Assembly: GCA_905331295.1 (NCBI GenBank) | Contig: CAJNYD010000360.1 | Location: 62,001 to 126,000, forward strand | DNA: 64,000 nucleotides | Source: Rotaria socialis | Taxonomy: Eukaryota | Reading direction: 5' to 3' | In this document: one piece after another, positions 11,638-25,810 of the stretch | Position numbering within the stretch: position 1 is the first letter of the stretch | How the letters are laid out: each line of letters opens with the position of its first letter | The notes under the pieces: generated by a model | Database searches by the model: none | Told to the model about the DNA's origin: nothing | The model's input: only the letters and a program-made list of their open reading frames with translations | Position numbers and translations under genes: made by a program

Positions 11638-14600
11638 ATGGCTAACGATTCACAGCAACTTGGTTTAATAGAAAAGAACTCCCATTTAAAGTAGGTTATC
11701 AATCATAAATTTGCTTATCTACATTCTTTTCTTTCCCTCTATTATATTAAATCCTTATCTCTTCGCATAGTTATCTACGTGATTTTCGTGTTGAACAATG
11801 TCAATTATTTCTTCAACATAAATGCACACAGTAAAACAAAATAGAAATATATCGTGTCATTGAAAATAGTTTTATTTTGTCTAGACATCGTCCATTTTCA
11901 TGTTTTTATTGGCATTTTCAAAATCAACGTCGTCGTCGACCATTTCGACGAAAAGATGGAACATTTTCATATGATCCTGATTTTTATTGTAATGATTATG
12001 ATGAACAAAGTGGCGTTTGTTCCAATGGTGATGAGTAAGTTTAGTAGTTAAAACTGTTTTTTTCTCAAATAAATTTCTTATTAACATCTTTATTCTAGTT
12101 GTCCACTTTTACATCGAAATGCCAATGATACAGAAAAACGGTATCACTTACGTTATTATAAAACAGGTTTATGTACTCATGAGTCTGATGCAAAGGGACA
12201 TTGTCTTAAAAATGGTGCACATTGTTCATATGCTCATGGTGCAAATGACTTACGACAACCAGTTCTCGATAGTCGAGAGATACAAAATAGTGATTTAGCG
12301 TTAGAACGACTTACACGCTTATGTATTAGTTTAGAAAATGAACGAGCTTTAAACGATGATCCGAAATGGAGTGGTAAGAAACAAATGTACTCAATGTATT
12401 TATTAAAACCATATGATTTAGATTCACATTATGTACTTGCAAATTACAAAACAGAACCATGCAAACGTCCACCACGTTTATGTCGACAAGGTTATGCTTG
12501 TCCACAATATCATAATCCTCGTGATCGTAGACGAAATCCATCAATATTTAAATACAAGTAGTTCTAACAAGAACATATACTTGTTCATTTTTTTTTTATA
12601 AAATAATGCAATATATATCATATTTCTAGATCAACACCATGTCCACATGTTAAACAAAGTGATGAATGGATTGATCCAACTGTATGTGAAGTCGGTGATA
12701 GCTGTAAATATTGTCATACACGTACTGAACAACAATTTCATCCTGAGGTTTGTTTTATTTAGAAAAACAAGAATTTTGTTTTATACAAGTTCTGTTCTTT
12801 TTTAAGATCTATAAATCAACGAAATGTAATGATGTTTCAGTAACTGGTTATTGTCCACGTGGACCATTTTGTGCTTTTGCTCATATTGAACGTATGTACA
12901 ATAGTATAGATTTATTCGTCCTTACCAAACTATTTCTGTACTTATCAATCCGAAAATCTCTTCGTTATATTTGATAGAAGATTTAAGACGAAAATATTCA
13001 CTTGGATTTATATTCTTCAGTCTGACAAGACGAATATAAAATGCATCGAGTGAAAAAATACTAGCAAATTTTGATTGTTTTCTAAGAATAATTAATTATC
13101 AAGGAAGTAATCTATCGTATTTCGAACAGAAACTACCGTAAAACAAAAGTCTATCTTATTATATCTCATATTTGTATTCGAAATCTCTTTTTCTAAGCTG
13201 TTTACAAATTTAACTTACAAATAAATATGTCGTGTATATCAATCATATCTGTAGAAGTAAGTCAACATTTATTTTTGTATACTTCACTAAGCTCAGAACT
13301 ACTGATATTCATTCTTTCCCAAACTTTTAACATGATCAGTTGACGCTTTTCTACGCTAATCGTATAATAAATTGATTTATCATTACCCATCATCGGTCAC
13401 ATACTCTACATATAAACTGTTATTCGTACAACCAGTTCGAAGCGGGCACTATTTTCAAAATACGAAAATATATATTGTATGCTTTTGATATCTTTCTCCG
13501 TTGCTGTAAAATATTCAAATGAGTTTCTAGCACTTGTCATTTTCAGCCGTTATAAAAATGTACTCAATGACTCTTAGTATTCCTCTGACGTGCATTGGAG
13601 AGAAACCGCAAAACCTTGACTTGAAACGTGCATTCATTATCTTTATTCTAAAAAAAACCGCAGTGTCAGATTCACCAAACTAATGCGTTTTACAGAAAAA
13701 TAACATGATTGGTCGAAACATGTTCGATACAAACACATACGCAGATACATGCATGTGTAAATCAATATACTCATTGTATTTCTAACTATACAGTTAATTT
13801 TGAAAACGGATATTTGAATATTAACACGTTCAGATATTGTTTTTGATTTAGAGTCATAAATTATTGTCTATCATGTAGTAATTTCCATAGATCTAAAAGT
13901 TTCTCATTAAACTAAAGCTAATGAAACACGTCTGATGTTGTAAACTTTATTACCAAGAATTTTCATCTAGTAAAATGAACAGCTTCTGTGAAGTATCTAA
14001 ATAATAACTGATATCGAAAATAACGAACCATTTATTTTTATTGCTCATAATTATTTTCTTGTAGAGGAATTAAAATCATACAGAGATTTCGATCTTCACT
14101 ATACTAATGAATTACCGTTATCATCTTTTATACCAATACCTGAAGACAAAGAAGTAGACGATATTGACGTAAGTCACATTTTACTTAAATCTTGTATAGT
14201 ACGTTAATGTTTTTGTTTTGAAATCTTCAAGACATTACTATCAACAAGAAACATTCCGAAAAAACCTTCTCAATCATTGATATTCGAAGTTGGATCGTAT
14301 CCAGGTGCCGCTATGAAAACAATGGAACAACACCTAGCCGATAAACATGTAAATAATTGAATTTATTCTTCTGAATTTATTATTTTTAATCATAGTCATT
14401 ACTAACAAATAATTCTGGTAGTGGTTCATTTTCAATTCAAGAAATGCTTACACAACAATCTCCATCATCATCTCAACAATTGTTTCATCACTATAATCCA
14501 AATCCACCATTACCATCCACATCATCAGTTCTAAATGAACAATTTCTTTTATCAGCTGCTGCACTTGCTGCTAGTCATTCTTATCCTCCACCATCATCAT

Positions 14601-16987
14601 TTCTATCATCACTTGCTGCATCAAATCTGTTATCCTCTCTAAATGCACATATGCATTTATTATCAACCGAACAACAAGTAACAACAGCACCACCAACAAC
14701 AACACCAACGTCAAATTTTTTAAGAAATTTTAATGATAATTATAATGAAAAACAAAAATTCCGTGATCACCAAGCATCACCAATTGATGTTAAAAATTTA
14801 ATTGGTTCATCATTAACAGCTCTTGGATTAGATAATTTTAATGCAGATGACTTTGATAAAGCAGCAATGAATGAAAGAAATAGTGCATTTTTATTAATCG
14901 ATGATGATATTGAAAGTTTTGAACGTTCAAAAACGCCAGCAACAAATAATACATCACCAATACATACAATAACAATACCATCATCAACAACAAATCCAAT
15001 GACGAGACCAGTTAATATTCCACATTCGTTTACAAAAGAACGTTTTTCACTTTCATCGTCAGCGAAATCACCATTTGATGCCCCCTATCAATTCTTTGAT
15101 GGACCATTACAATCGGTATGTTTTTAATTCAGATAAAAATCACGTGTTTTGAAAAATTTTATTATCAAACTTTTTATTCTAAGCTATATCTATATACGTA
15201 GAAATCTTAGCGAAAATCTAAATAATTAAATATTGATAGAAATAGACAGCTGTGAAAAACATAACTTTTCTAAAAATCAGAGTTTCATTAAAATTTCAAT
15301 TGGAAATGAATTGCGTTTTGAGATTTTGGAAAAGCAATGCAAAATATCTATGTGAAAGAAAATATTAAAATCGACAAAGAACACAACTAGGAAATTCGTA
15401 TTATAAGCATGCAAATCTAATTATTGATATTTTACATGATTGGTTAATCTTGTTATAAAAGAAATCAACTAGTTCATGCAGAAGTTTGTTGAGTGCATAC
15501 CGATCAATTTTTATCATGATAGTTGATGTTTCATGTGACATAGAAACAGAAAAATAATTGATGGTTTTTTGTGAAAAAATGGCAAACTGACGAAATCTTC
15601 ATCCATTCAAGAAATGAATTGAAATACTAATTAATATATCATCTATATAAAACTGAAAATTCATATGCAGAATTTTTTCGGATTTATAAATAATATTTTT
15701 AATAGGATAAATTTTAAGAAGGGGCTAGCATAGGCATAGAATCATTTTGTAGACTCCAGCATTATGAAATGTTTGAAGTTCGCCACAAATGAATGAAACT
15801 TTTTATTGTATAATGACTTCACAAAAATAAAGTTATAAGAAGTAATCGATTGAAAACTGTTAGATATTGTATACTTATATGCGGAAATAATCATTCCATT
15901 GGATTCTATTCGTTTCAAGAAAGCTTCTATTGACCGTGTTCAAACAGAAGCATTTATAAAACTCTCTACTGATTCAGGAATATTAAAAAAATGTGATCGT
16001 TATCAAAGCACATTGACTGATTATAATGCAATAATAAGCTGTTTCAAATAACAGTAATGTAGGAAGAATTCGATAAAGTAAACTAGCTGATAACAAATTA
16101 CAAGATAGAATTGAAAATAACAAATAAATTGATGGAGAAAGAAGATTTTTCAGTAGTATTTATAATATTTTTATGAATATTTAGCCTATTGATACTCCAT
16201 TTCCTGAACCATCAACATCAAGCGGTGGTACTCATCGTCCTGGTGAGCTGTATAAAATGGCCGGTTTTAGTCAAGATTTACCCAGATCATCGCATCATAT
16301 ACAACCAACATCACCACAATTAGCATTTCATCGTATTAGTATACCTAATAATAACTCTTTGTCTCCGTCATCATCTTCAACTGAAATGGATCTAATGAGA
16401 AATCGTGTATTACAAATGCAAACATTAGCAATGACAGAAAAAGAAGTAATAAAAATAAACGAATGTTTTCTTTTCAATTTTAATCTTTTTTATTAATTGC
16501 TTTTCCAATAGTCATCTGATCATTGGCGTCGTGAAGCTGAAGATAATCATAGGTTAGTTGTTCAACTTGAACAAGAAAAGAATCGTGCAATACAACAACG
16601 CGATGATGCTCTTCGTCAATTTGAACAAATGCGTCATTTACTTATACATAACATGCGCTTATTACCAAGTGATAATGACTTATTGCAGTTAACACTTGAT
16701 GATGTTCGATCATTACAAGCACGACTTCAACAGGAGTTATCGAAAATTACAAATGTAAATGTTATATTTATTATTATTATTATTATGTTCATTATTTGAT
16801 AAAATATTTTTTTTAGATTGAACAAACAAAATCAAATAATACTCAACAAATTGCATCCGATGCTATTGCTAGTGCATCTTCCGGGACACCTCCAACAACA
16901 TCAACTTCATCTGTATCACCTCGTCAACGACATCATAAAAATCAAACTGGCAAACACGTTTTAGTATCTTCATCGTCTAAACATTAG
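11638..16987 (+). CDS. unk: Unkempt-family tandem CCCH zinc-finger RNA-binding protein
   Basis: About 14 exons. YLRDFRVEQCQLFLQHKCTQHRPFSCFYWHFQNQRRRRP, RYHLRYYKTGLC, NYKTEPCKRPPRLCRQGYACPQYHN, CHTRTEQQFHPEIYKSTKCND, CPRGPFCAFAH, then a low-complexity linker and a C-terminal coiled coil; TAG at 16985-16987. Confidence 0.95.
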
Positions 16988-17159
16988 ACATTGTCATTCT
17001 ATATTAGTTGGTTTTTTTTACATTCACAAAGAACTACTGTTATATAAATGATAGAGTTATTATTTTTTTCTCGATCTTTTCATTTGATGTTTTTTTTTTC
17101 TGATAATATTTTTTTTCTCGAACCTCTAGGCGAATCCTTTATATTATATACAAACACAT

Positions 17160-17200
<41 letters not shown>

Positions 17201-17630
17201 TTTTCATCATTTGAATGAACAGTGAGAAGTACACCGTCTTTTTGTGAGTAGGAAAGTTTTTGTATATAGTTCTCTTTTCTTTTTGTTTTCGTTTAATTTC
17301 AACATAGATAGGCATGATTATTGTTGTACAAGTGCGTTTGCATGACGTTTGTTTGTGTGAAGGTAGACTTGAAGCTGTCATAAAAATGCTTCTACAGAAT
17401 GAGTAGTAACAGCAGAAGCATGCACACCTGAATTTTTTTCTTTTTTTTCTCTCATTTTTTTTTCCGTTGAAATCAAGGACAACATTTGTATAATTTTACT
17501 CTTGTTTCTTTTTATTCAAATATGCGGATTCCTTAAGCGATATAGACATCATCTCGGTTATCTTTTGGTTTTTTCTTTGCCTCTTTGATGTTTTTCAGTA
17601 GGTTAATCACTACAAAGGTGTTTTTTATAA

Positions 17631-17665
<35 letters not shown>

Positions 17666-17991
17666 GGAAATTATAGATTTTGTTGAAGAAAAATTTCTGG
17701 ACAAAAAACACATTGTTTTGTTTGGGTTTCGTCGTATTTTTGTACACATTTACTTATCTTGTAGACATATAGATACGTGTACGATTCTTCGTTTTGATTT
17801 CATGTTCGCCCCCTTGATTTATTTGATTTTTCTCAATGTTTCTTTTACTATTATTTCTGATTTCTATTTTATCTTTTGGCTTCATTTCTCTTTTTGATGG
17901 TTCGAATAAAACAAACGCGTACTCCATTTGATTTCTTTTTTCTTCTGTGTTGTTGTGTACCGATGTAGGCATGCTAATATTATTTTTACAG

Positions 17992-19628
17992 ATGACAGAA
18001 GCCAATAATAGATCATATGTAGGAATTGATGCTATTGTACAAACATGCTCAAAAGTTTATCCGGATCAATTAAATCCAACTCAAGCAGCAAGTGTAGTTA
18101 AATATTGGTATAGTTATTCACGATAATAAATACGATCATATGAGAGATAAGTTGATGTTTAGGCTTGGTGGATCTGAATCTTTAGATTATATATCAATTT
18201 ATCATAATCAAGGAAACGACACATCACCTGCTCATTGGCACTACGTTACATTTGGCTTCACTGATTTGCATGGTGATGGTCGAGTGCATAAGTAATCTGT
18301 CATCGCCTATATTTTTTTCTGTAAATAAAGAAACAAATTGTTTTTACTCTTTTTCTAGAATTCTATCGAAAGATGAAGTGAATCCTACATCAGGTTATGG
18401 ATTTGAACTAACATTTCGTTTAAGGAAGTCTGCAGAAATTGGCAATTCAGTTCAAGATATTCCATTATGGCCATGTAAACTATTGCAATATTTGGCTAAA
18501 TATGTTTTTAAAACAGGTACACAATTTCATGCTGGTCATCATATACCATTTGGACATGTTTTACCCAATCTATATTCATCTTATGGTGATACACGTATAC
18601 ATGACTTATTAATAACGAATGATAGACAATTAAAATCTTTTCGAACTAACCTGGGTTCAGTAGAATTTTTACAGGTATAGATATGAAAAATTCTTAGCTT
18701 TTATTCTTTAGTTTTTTTTTCAACTAAAAATTAGCTTGTTGGTTGCTTTGAAAATGAACTTGAGGCAGCACAAGAATGTAATGTTGCACAAATAATTGAC
18801 CTGTTCAGTACAAATCGAAGGTAATTGAAAATCAATTCTAATCGGATATGATTTTATTGTTGCTGTTAAACTTCCTTTTTTTTTATAGAACAGGTGGTTC
18901 ACTCTTAGTAACTGATATGACACGGCAAGAATCATGTTTCGATATTATACCAAATGCTAAACAAATGATTCGAGAAAAAATTGATAAAGAAGGTTCTCAA
19001 CTGGGTCGAGTTCTTGCTCGATGTGCTTGGAATATTGAGTATGGAATATATAAATACTATGCAATAGATTTATATTGTTTATTTTTAGACCTGTTTCAGC
19101 GAACGATACAAGTTTTCATTCAGTATCTTCAATTGATCTCACATTTGATTTAGATGCTGCAAAAATATTTATTAAAATTCTTCGGTAAAATTTATTTATT
19201 CTATAGAAATATTTATATTAGATAAATTTGCATATACATCTATCATAAATAGAACACGATTAAGTCGTGGTAAATGGTTTATATTTGACTCGTTGAATGA
19301 TCAATCGATTTGCTTTATTTCAACGGGGGCAAAAAATCAAGGAATTATGGTTAATTCAATTCAACAAATTATGGCTTTAGGTACGCGTGAAGCACAAATA
19401 ATGTTGTTACCTGATCAGATTGACCTATGTATAGATCGTTTGTCACATATTTCTAATCTCAAAGTATTAATTTGATGCTATTGTTTTAATGAAAAATAAA
19501 AATCTTCTGTTTCTTTTTTTCAATTTTAGGATGAACAAACACTGCCGTTAAAATATGAAGTTCCATTTCATACAAATACAAAAATGTTTATATCAATCGT
19601 ATCTTCTAAAGAATTTAGTAATGAATAA
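17992..19628 (+). CDS. sufu: Suppressor of fused (Hedgehog pathway Gli regulator)
   Basis: Spliced translation gives VYPDQLNPTQAASVVKYWLGGSESLDYISIY, PAHWHYVTFGFTDLHGDGRVH, SGYGFELTFRL, GSVEFLQLVG, GGSLLVTDMTRQES; TAA ends at 19628. Confidence 0.95.
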
Positions 19629-22581
19629 TTGAATGTTTTGAAATTTATAGTGCCTTCTTTTTAATTTTTTTCTTGTGAATGTTTTTACTAACAAATTATG
19701 CCTACTGTCCATTTTATTCATTTTCTTTACCTTTTAATGTCTGATATTTAATTTTAAATAAAACTTTCTGAACGTAGAAATCGAAATGAAAGAGAATTGA
19801 TGATAAACATTTTATTTCAACTAACAAAAGATAAAGATGAATGTTATTAAATTGAATAGAACAAAGATGAATCTCCTTCTGTTATTTTCCCAACGTTCCA
19901 CAAGGTATGTAATGAAACGACTGAGGCCACATATATAAATAATCAGAGTCAGGTCATTCTTCTTCTTCTTCTGCTGCTGCTTTTTTGTCTCCTACAAAAG
20001 CATATATATACTTGTGACTGTTGGCAGAAGAGACATCTCGGCCTTTCTTCTTCGTCCTTTTTTCTATCTTGATAGAATGAATTAAGATGGGACAAAAGTA
20101 AAGTGAAAGAACACGCGAGAAAAATAGTTCACCGCATTAACGAGTATGTAAAAAAAAAAAAAGAAGAAAGTTAAGAAAAGTGTCACTTTTTTTTGTGTGT
20201 AAAAGTTGAACTCGAGTGCACATGCTTGTATAAAAAGAAAAGTAAGTGTGAGAAAAAAGTATCATTGTTCACATAAACTAAACAAGACACAAGGTAAGAT
20301 TTATCATTGTCAGAAAAGAAACTGAAGCGGATATTCACATGTTGTTGTTGTTGTTGTTACTATTATTGATGTCATTATAATAGTGAAAATGATGATGGTA
20401 AAGTGAAATTGCTTAAGGGTGTAAAAGACCTCGACAATTTTTTTCTTTTCCCTTGATAGTGTAGATTTTCAACTACTCGATTAGAAAGCGTATCTATGCA
20501 AGTCGATGCTTCTGTCTTAAGCATTCGTCTTCTAGTATATGTTTGCTTGGATAAGTCATAGAGAAGAAAAAGAAAATGGTCGTTGAATGAGCACAACTAA
20601 GAAATGCCAATGCTGCTTCTTTATAATTCATCGAAAATCCGTCTAATTATTCTTTGTCGTTTTTTCTTGCACTCTTTTCTTGTTGCGCCATTCTATATTG
20701 GACTGCAAAAAAAAATAATAAAGAAGGAGAATGATGGCAACGACACGAGAGATTTTTCCGCTCGCTCCCTTCGTATTCCTTTCTCTTGCAGCCATTTGTT
20801 GTCCTGTTCACTCGTTCCCAGATCGAATATGACAAATAGATGCCGACGACACTAGTGACTAAGCTGATCCACATGCGACTCGACACAAAGCAATTCCGTA
20901 TACGATAGCCGATTTAATACGATTTCTGTCGTCATTACTAAAAATATCTTGACACTAACATTCATAACGTCTCACAAAGTTCCGTAAGTGATCATGGCAA
21001 CTGCATTCACGTACATATAAAGATGACCTTTTATATGCATATGCTTCACATGCGTTAGATCATTGCATCATAAGTGAGAGAGAAACAGAACTAAAAGGAA
21101 AAAAAAACAAGAAATGAAACTTGGGTTTTGCCCAGCAGTCGTATCATTCTTAAATTTTGTTCGAGATGCAAGACATCGTTGTCCTTCTGTCATCATTTGC
21201 TGCCAGTCAGTTAGATAAGAAATAGTTAAGAGTTTTTTTTATGATTTAAACTACGTCTCGAAAAGAGGCAGTTATCATTATAATAATCATTTTGTCTGGC
21301 CCTAATAACAGTGTGTAAGTACACATTTTTTTTTCTATTTGAGAAGCACTAATGTATGTCTTTTTCTTCTTCTACAACTGGCGCATTGAACACTACAAGA
21401 GTTCTAATCTTTTTGTGATATCGACTAATGATTTGTCGATATCTATTTGTCTATAAAATGATAAAAATGATCAGTAAACATCCTGAGGGTACTCGACTGT
21501 TCTTCTCTTTTTTCCTCTTCGTCTTCTTCTTTTTCTTCGTTTCTATATCTAACCTTGATTATTATCATCCTAACTCATTATTAATTTATGCAAATCGCAT
21601 GTTTATTTGCTTGTTCGTGTATATATACGATTTATAATAATCATCATTAGAATAGGAGTAATAATAGTAGGAGTAATTTTAGTAGCAGTAGTAGTACTAC
21701 TATTAGTTACAAGTTGCATCTGATCATTTTTGTCGCATACGAGAAGGATAAAAAAGCAAAATAATATGTGAGGAAAAAACCATGAACTTGTGCTTCTACA
21801 ATGAATGAATTAATCATATATACAATTTTATATCCATTCATTTCACTTGCATAGTAGCGATGGTCATTTTAATGATTTTCTATGTTCCTATGCCGTCGCC
21901 GGCCTATGAATATAAATCAACCGCATGCGTTCCATACGAATCAATGTCATATGTGAGTTCCTGTTTAAGTTGATGAATGAAATATAAAGAGCAAAGAGAA
22001 TATACATATTGCATCACGATTGATGAGAATACTACACTTTATGTATGTGATCCGATTGATCCATCAAACGTGTCGACAAATTCGCATACAGTTATTTGCA
22101 TGCACTAGCATCATCGGTCTACCATGAAGTGTGGATTCCCTATAGGTGACTGTTGAATTTCTTCGGTTTTTTTTCAAGTTAACTGCGATATGTAATCGAT
22201 CGATCTCATTGTTGTATTAAAATAGAAGAAAAGCGCCGTAGAGAAAAGAAACATAATTGAACAACAGCTGAAATTTGCTTCTACCAAACTATGAGATAGA
22301 TACAGAGAGAGAGATAGGTTAGCTACTGTGCCTATTTTCTATTTGAGTCCTGCTTGCTGCTGTTACCAGATACACATACATATGTATGTCTATCAATCGT
22401 ATAATACTCTTTCCTTCTCTTTCCTGTAATGTTCAGCAATCATCACACTCTATTATGTAATCGGACACAAAGTGTTTCATTATTATTTTTTTGCTTATAA
22501 AACAAATAAATAATATCTGCTTTTGTCGGTCGTAGTCTATTTTCCTTTTAATTTTCTAGACATATTTGATACAAGTTCATT

Positions 22582-23970
22582 ATGCTTTCCAAAACGCCTT
22601 TTCCATCACTTCTGTCTTTTATAATCTTAATGATTGGATGTGTACTTTTTACTATGTCAACTCTATATACCCTACATAGAGTTCAAAATAGTGAAAAATG
22701 GTCATGTAAAAGATGGTAAATTAGAATTTTAAAAATTTCAATTATTCCATTTAATAGATGATTTTTCTTTTTTTTTTAAGTTTAAATCTTAGTCGATTAG
22801 CGATTGGATGTGGTGTTGGAATAACATTTGTTTTTGGCATATGCACAGTACTTTTAGCAAGTGTTTTAAGTGGAAAAACTCGTAAAAAATATTTTTGGGG
22901 ATCTCGAAAAAATTTATGTGCAAGAATTTTAAATGGATTTGTAAATATAACAATAATAGAAAACAATTATCTTATACATTTTTTAATTGAATAATAGGTT
23001 CTATTCATAACATTTCTTTTAACAATATCATGGCTTGGCATTGCTTGTTTGACATTTATTCCTTTATATGGTCTTTTGTATATCTTTTTCGTTGTATGCA
23101 GTAATCGTTATGGTACTGCTGGCGGTAGTTTTGTCAGCAGTAAGTAATAATTATAAATATTTGATATTGTCTTCTTTTTTATGCATATTTTAGTTTTAAA
23201 TGAAATAAATCAACATGCACACCGATTGGAAGAAAAGCCAGTTGCATTTAAACTTGCAGATGTTTGTCAGCCAGTAAGTCTTTACAAAAGCATTTGTTAA
23301 ATCTTAAAATTTGATATCTCAGTCAATACGACTGGAAGATCAATCTGAAAAAGGCATATCTATTATTGACATTGATCTCAAGCCTGTTAAGTATCATTCG
23401 TTATTCGCAGATAAAATTTGCACGATGCCCCCTTATCATCATGTCCCTTGTGTTCATTTCCTTCAACATATTTTAATGATTGCTGTTTTTTCTGTGTGAT
23501 TCTTTTTTCTTTTATATTCCTGGCTTTCATTCGCTGTCCTCAAGAAAATTTTATTTTTGATAAAGGCTTAGTTGCATTATTTTATTTATTGCTTATACCT
23601 ATTTCTATAGTATTATATAGAGTGTTGCTTATCGAACCGTAAGACATTAAAAAAAAGAAGACTACAGAGATTGAAAATGATGATGAAGAAGAAAAATTGT
23701 GAATCTAATGATTTTTGCTTTTTATTTTTTTTTAGTCATATCGTGATTATTTCAGTTTAAGTATTCTTACAACAGCGTCATGTGTAGTAATCATTGTTAG
23801 TTTGGTAAGATTATAGTAATTCTTATTTTCTTATTGTTATTAATCAAATTTGTTTTCAGATCTTTTTAATGATTGCTCAAGGTGCAAATCACGCACATAT
23901 ATATAATGATCGAAGTCGCTATGAAGTAGCACAAAATGGAGATCAAGAAATCGAAGAAACAAAAATGTGA
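22582..23970 (+). CDS. Myelin proteolipid/M6 (PLP/DM20 family) four-TM protein
   Basis: Exons ~22582-22715, 22781-22940, 22998-23139, 23194-23274, 23736-23804, 23860-23970. Motifs PFPSLLSFIILMIGCVLF, SGKTRKKYF, FITFLLTISWLGIACLTFIPLY and FLMIAQGANHAHI resemble M6/PLP TM1-TM4. An in-frame stop upstream fixes ATG 22582. Probable 5' UTR exons lie further upstream (e.g. ~21855-21952). Confidence 0.75.
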
Positions 23971-24366
23971 AAGGAAAATCACACTGTATATATATATATA
24001 TATATATAATATTGAGAACAGTCATTTTCTATGAAAAAGTCGGTCGATGTTGTTGGTTGTTTTTCTTTTTTTCTATTTGTTGTTGCTTGCGTATTCGTTC
24101 AAAAATCAAAACGAAAAAAAAACTTTTTCAGCCAAGCCATCTGCATTTATGACATAAGTTCTCGTTTTATTTCCTAGAGCGCAGTTCATTGTACAGTTGC
24201 ATGACATCATTTTCGTTTTTCTTTTCTTACATATATAAATGTATTTCTGTTCAAATTGTGGAGGATCGAATCTTACTATTTCTTTTTGGAAAATATAGAT
24301 ATGTTTGTGTTTCTTTTTTTTTCTCTTTTAAATATTATTTAAAAAAATGATCTGAAAATATTACAG

Positions 24367-25350
24367 TTATTTATATGGGTAATGGGTAAATGATTTGTTT
24401 CCATGAAAATGATGCTTTAAAGATAGCGATGATCTATTTGAATAATTTGTTACTATATATTGTGAAGTTGCACTATAAAGTGGTATTGTACTACGAATAC
24501 GACTTTGCCCAATATAGTAGTCTTCATTTGATTGTGGAGGTGAGTGGACAACCCATCGACGTGTACGAGCATCACGTTCAAGTATAGCAAAATTACAATA
24601 GTTGACTTTTTCAGCTTCATACATAAGACGTTCAGGTCGTGCACGCCGACGAAGCATACCACGTGTTAATGCTTCAATTGAACCGGCATGTCCAGAGAGT
24701 AAAATAGTTCCACCTTGATTTTTATGTGTCTTAGTAATTGAATCAATAAGAAGACGTGAACGTTCATAATAATTTGATTCATTTTCTTCTGGATCAACTT
24801 CATCATATATTGGTGTATAATATGGATTTACATTGAAATATCTATCCATTGCTAAGTCAGCAGGTGGTACGAAAGAAAGAGATGCCGAAGCATACCATAA
24901 TGGACATTCGAATAGGCCTGAAAAGAAAGAGATTGCCATTGAATGACAAAAACAAGGTTTCTTTTTTATCATACCAGGTTCGATATTAATTTGAACAGCT
25001 CGTCGTCCTTGACTTTCTAGAATTTTATTAGCTGTTTGTATCGATCGATAAGCTGGTGATGCATAACAATAATCGATTGGATAGCCAAGTTGTAATAATT
25101 TTCGGCCAGTTGCCGAACTTTGACGTTCACCATCAATTGTTAATGGTGGATCAAAAGTCCATTCCTGTAAATCTGATCTAGGTGTTAAATATGATACTCC
25201 AGAATGATGAGCACCATTCCGTCTTACTCTACTTAACCATCTCGGTCCTAATGCTAAATCAGCACGTTCACCATGACGAGTTATTATAACTCGAATATTG
25301 TCTTCTGCAGGTGCAGATGATAAACCAAATAACTGTTTAAAAAATGACAT
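24367..25350 (-). CDS. Histidine phosphatase (PGM family), Sts/UBASH3/ecdysteroid-phosphate-phosphatase-like, single domain
   Basis: Catalytic RHGERAD, DPPLT, YASPAYRSIQTA, IEPGLFE, LLSGHAGSI. One 57-bp intron at 24918-24974. Confidence 0.9.
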   Translation of the reverse strand: MSFFKQLFGLSSAPAEDNIRVIITRHGERADLALGPRWLSRVRRNGAHHSGVSYLTPRSDLQEWTFDPPLTIDGERQSSATGRKLLQLGYPIDYCYASPAYRSIQTANKILESQGRRAVQINIEPGMIKKKPCFCHSMAISFFSGLFECPLWYASASLSFVPPADLAMDRYFNVNPYYTPIYDEVDPEENESNYYERSRLLIDSITKTHKNQGGTILLSGHAGSIEALTRGMLRRRARPERLMYEAEKVNYCNFAILERDARTRRWVVHSPPQSNEDYYIGQSRIRSTIPLYSATSQYIVTNYSNRSSLSLKHHFHGNKSFTHYPYK

Positions 25351-25810
25351 TTTCTTTGGATTAATTTAGAGAAAAGACATAAAATAGAGAGAGAGAAAAA
25401 CGTATATGTCACTTAGTAATCGATCATTTTCCCTAATATAGAAAAATACAAAAGCTATCAAGGTTTTGGGTGCTTGCAATTCACCTATTTTTCTGCACCC
25501 TGTCATAATGCATGTCAAATCAGACGCCATGTATTCAATGGAGCAAAACATCGAAGGACAGAGTAATTAACCAATAATGATCATTATTTATCATTGTGAT
25601 AGTTGTTTAATGAGACTGATCTGCTTTCTTGTAATACTAAACAAGCCTCATCTATTTATTTATGTTTCATTATAGCTCAGTCATCACTAATTTTAATGAC
25701 AAACACAAGAACCGGCAATCCAACGATAGTTATATAAAAAAATTTAGATGATTTATCTTCAATACAAAATATAGATAAATCTACTTTGATGACGTTGTTG
25801 CTTTTAGTTA

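Noticed and set aside
6034..19628. Beta-catenin-like, unk and Sufu as a functional signalling cluster
   Set aside because: Adjacency alone is not evidence, and conserved synteny cannot be tested here.
20375..21637. Short ORFs upstream of the M6-like gene
   Set aside because: No family motifs and no coherent exon chain; more likely 5' UTR, intron or regulatory sequence.
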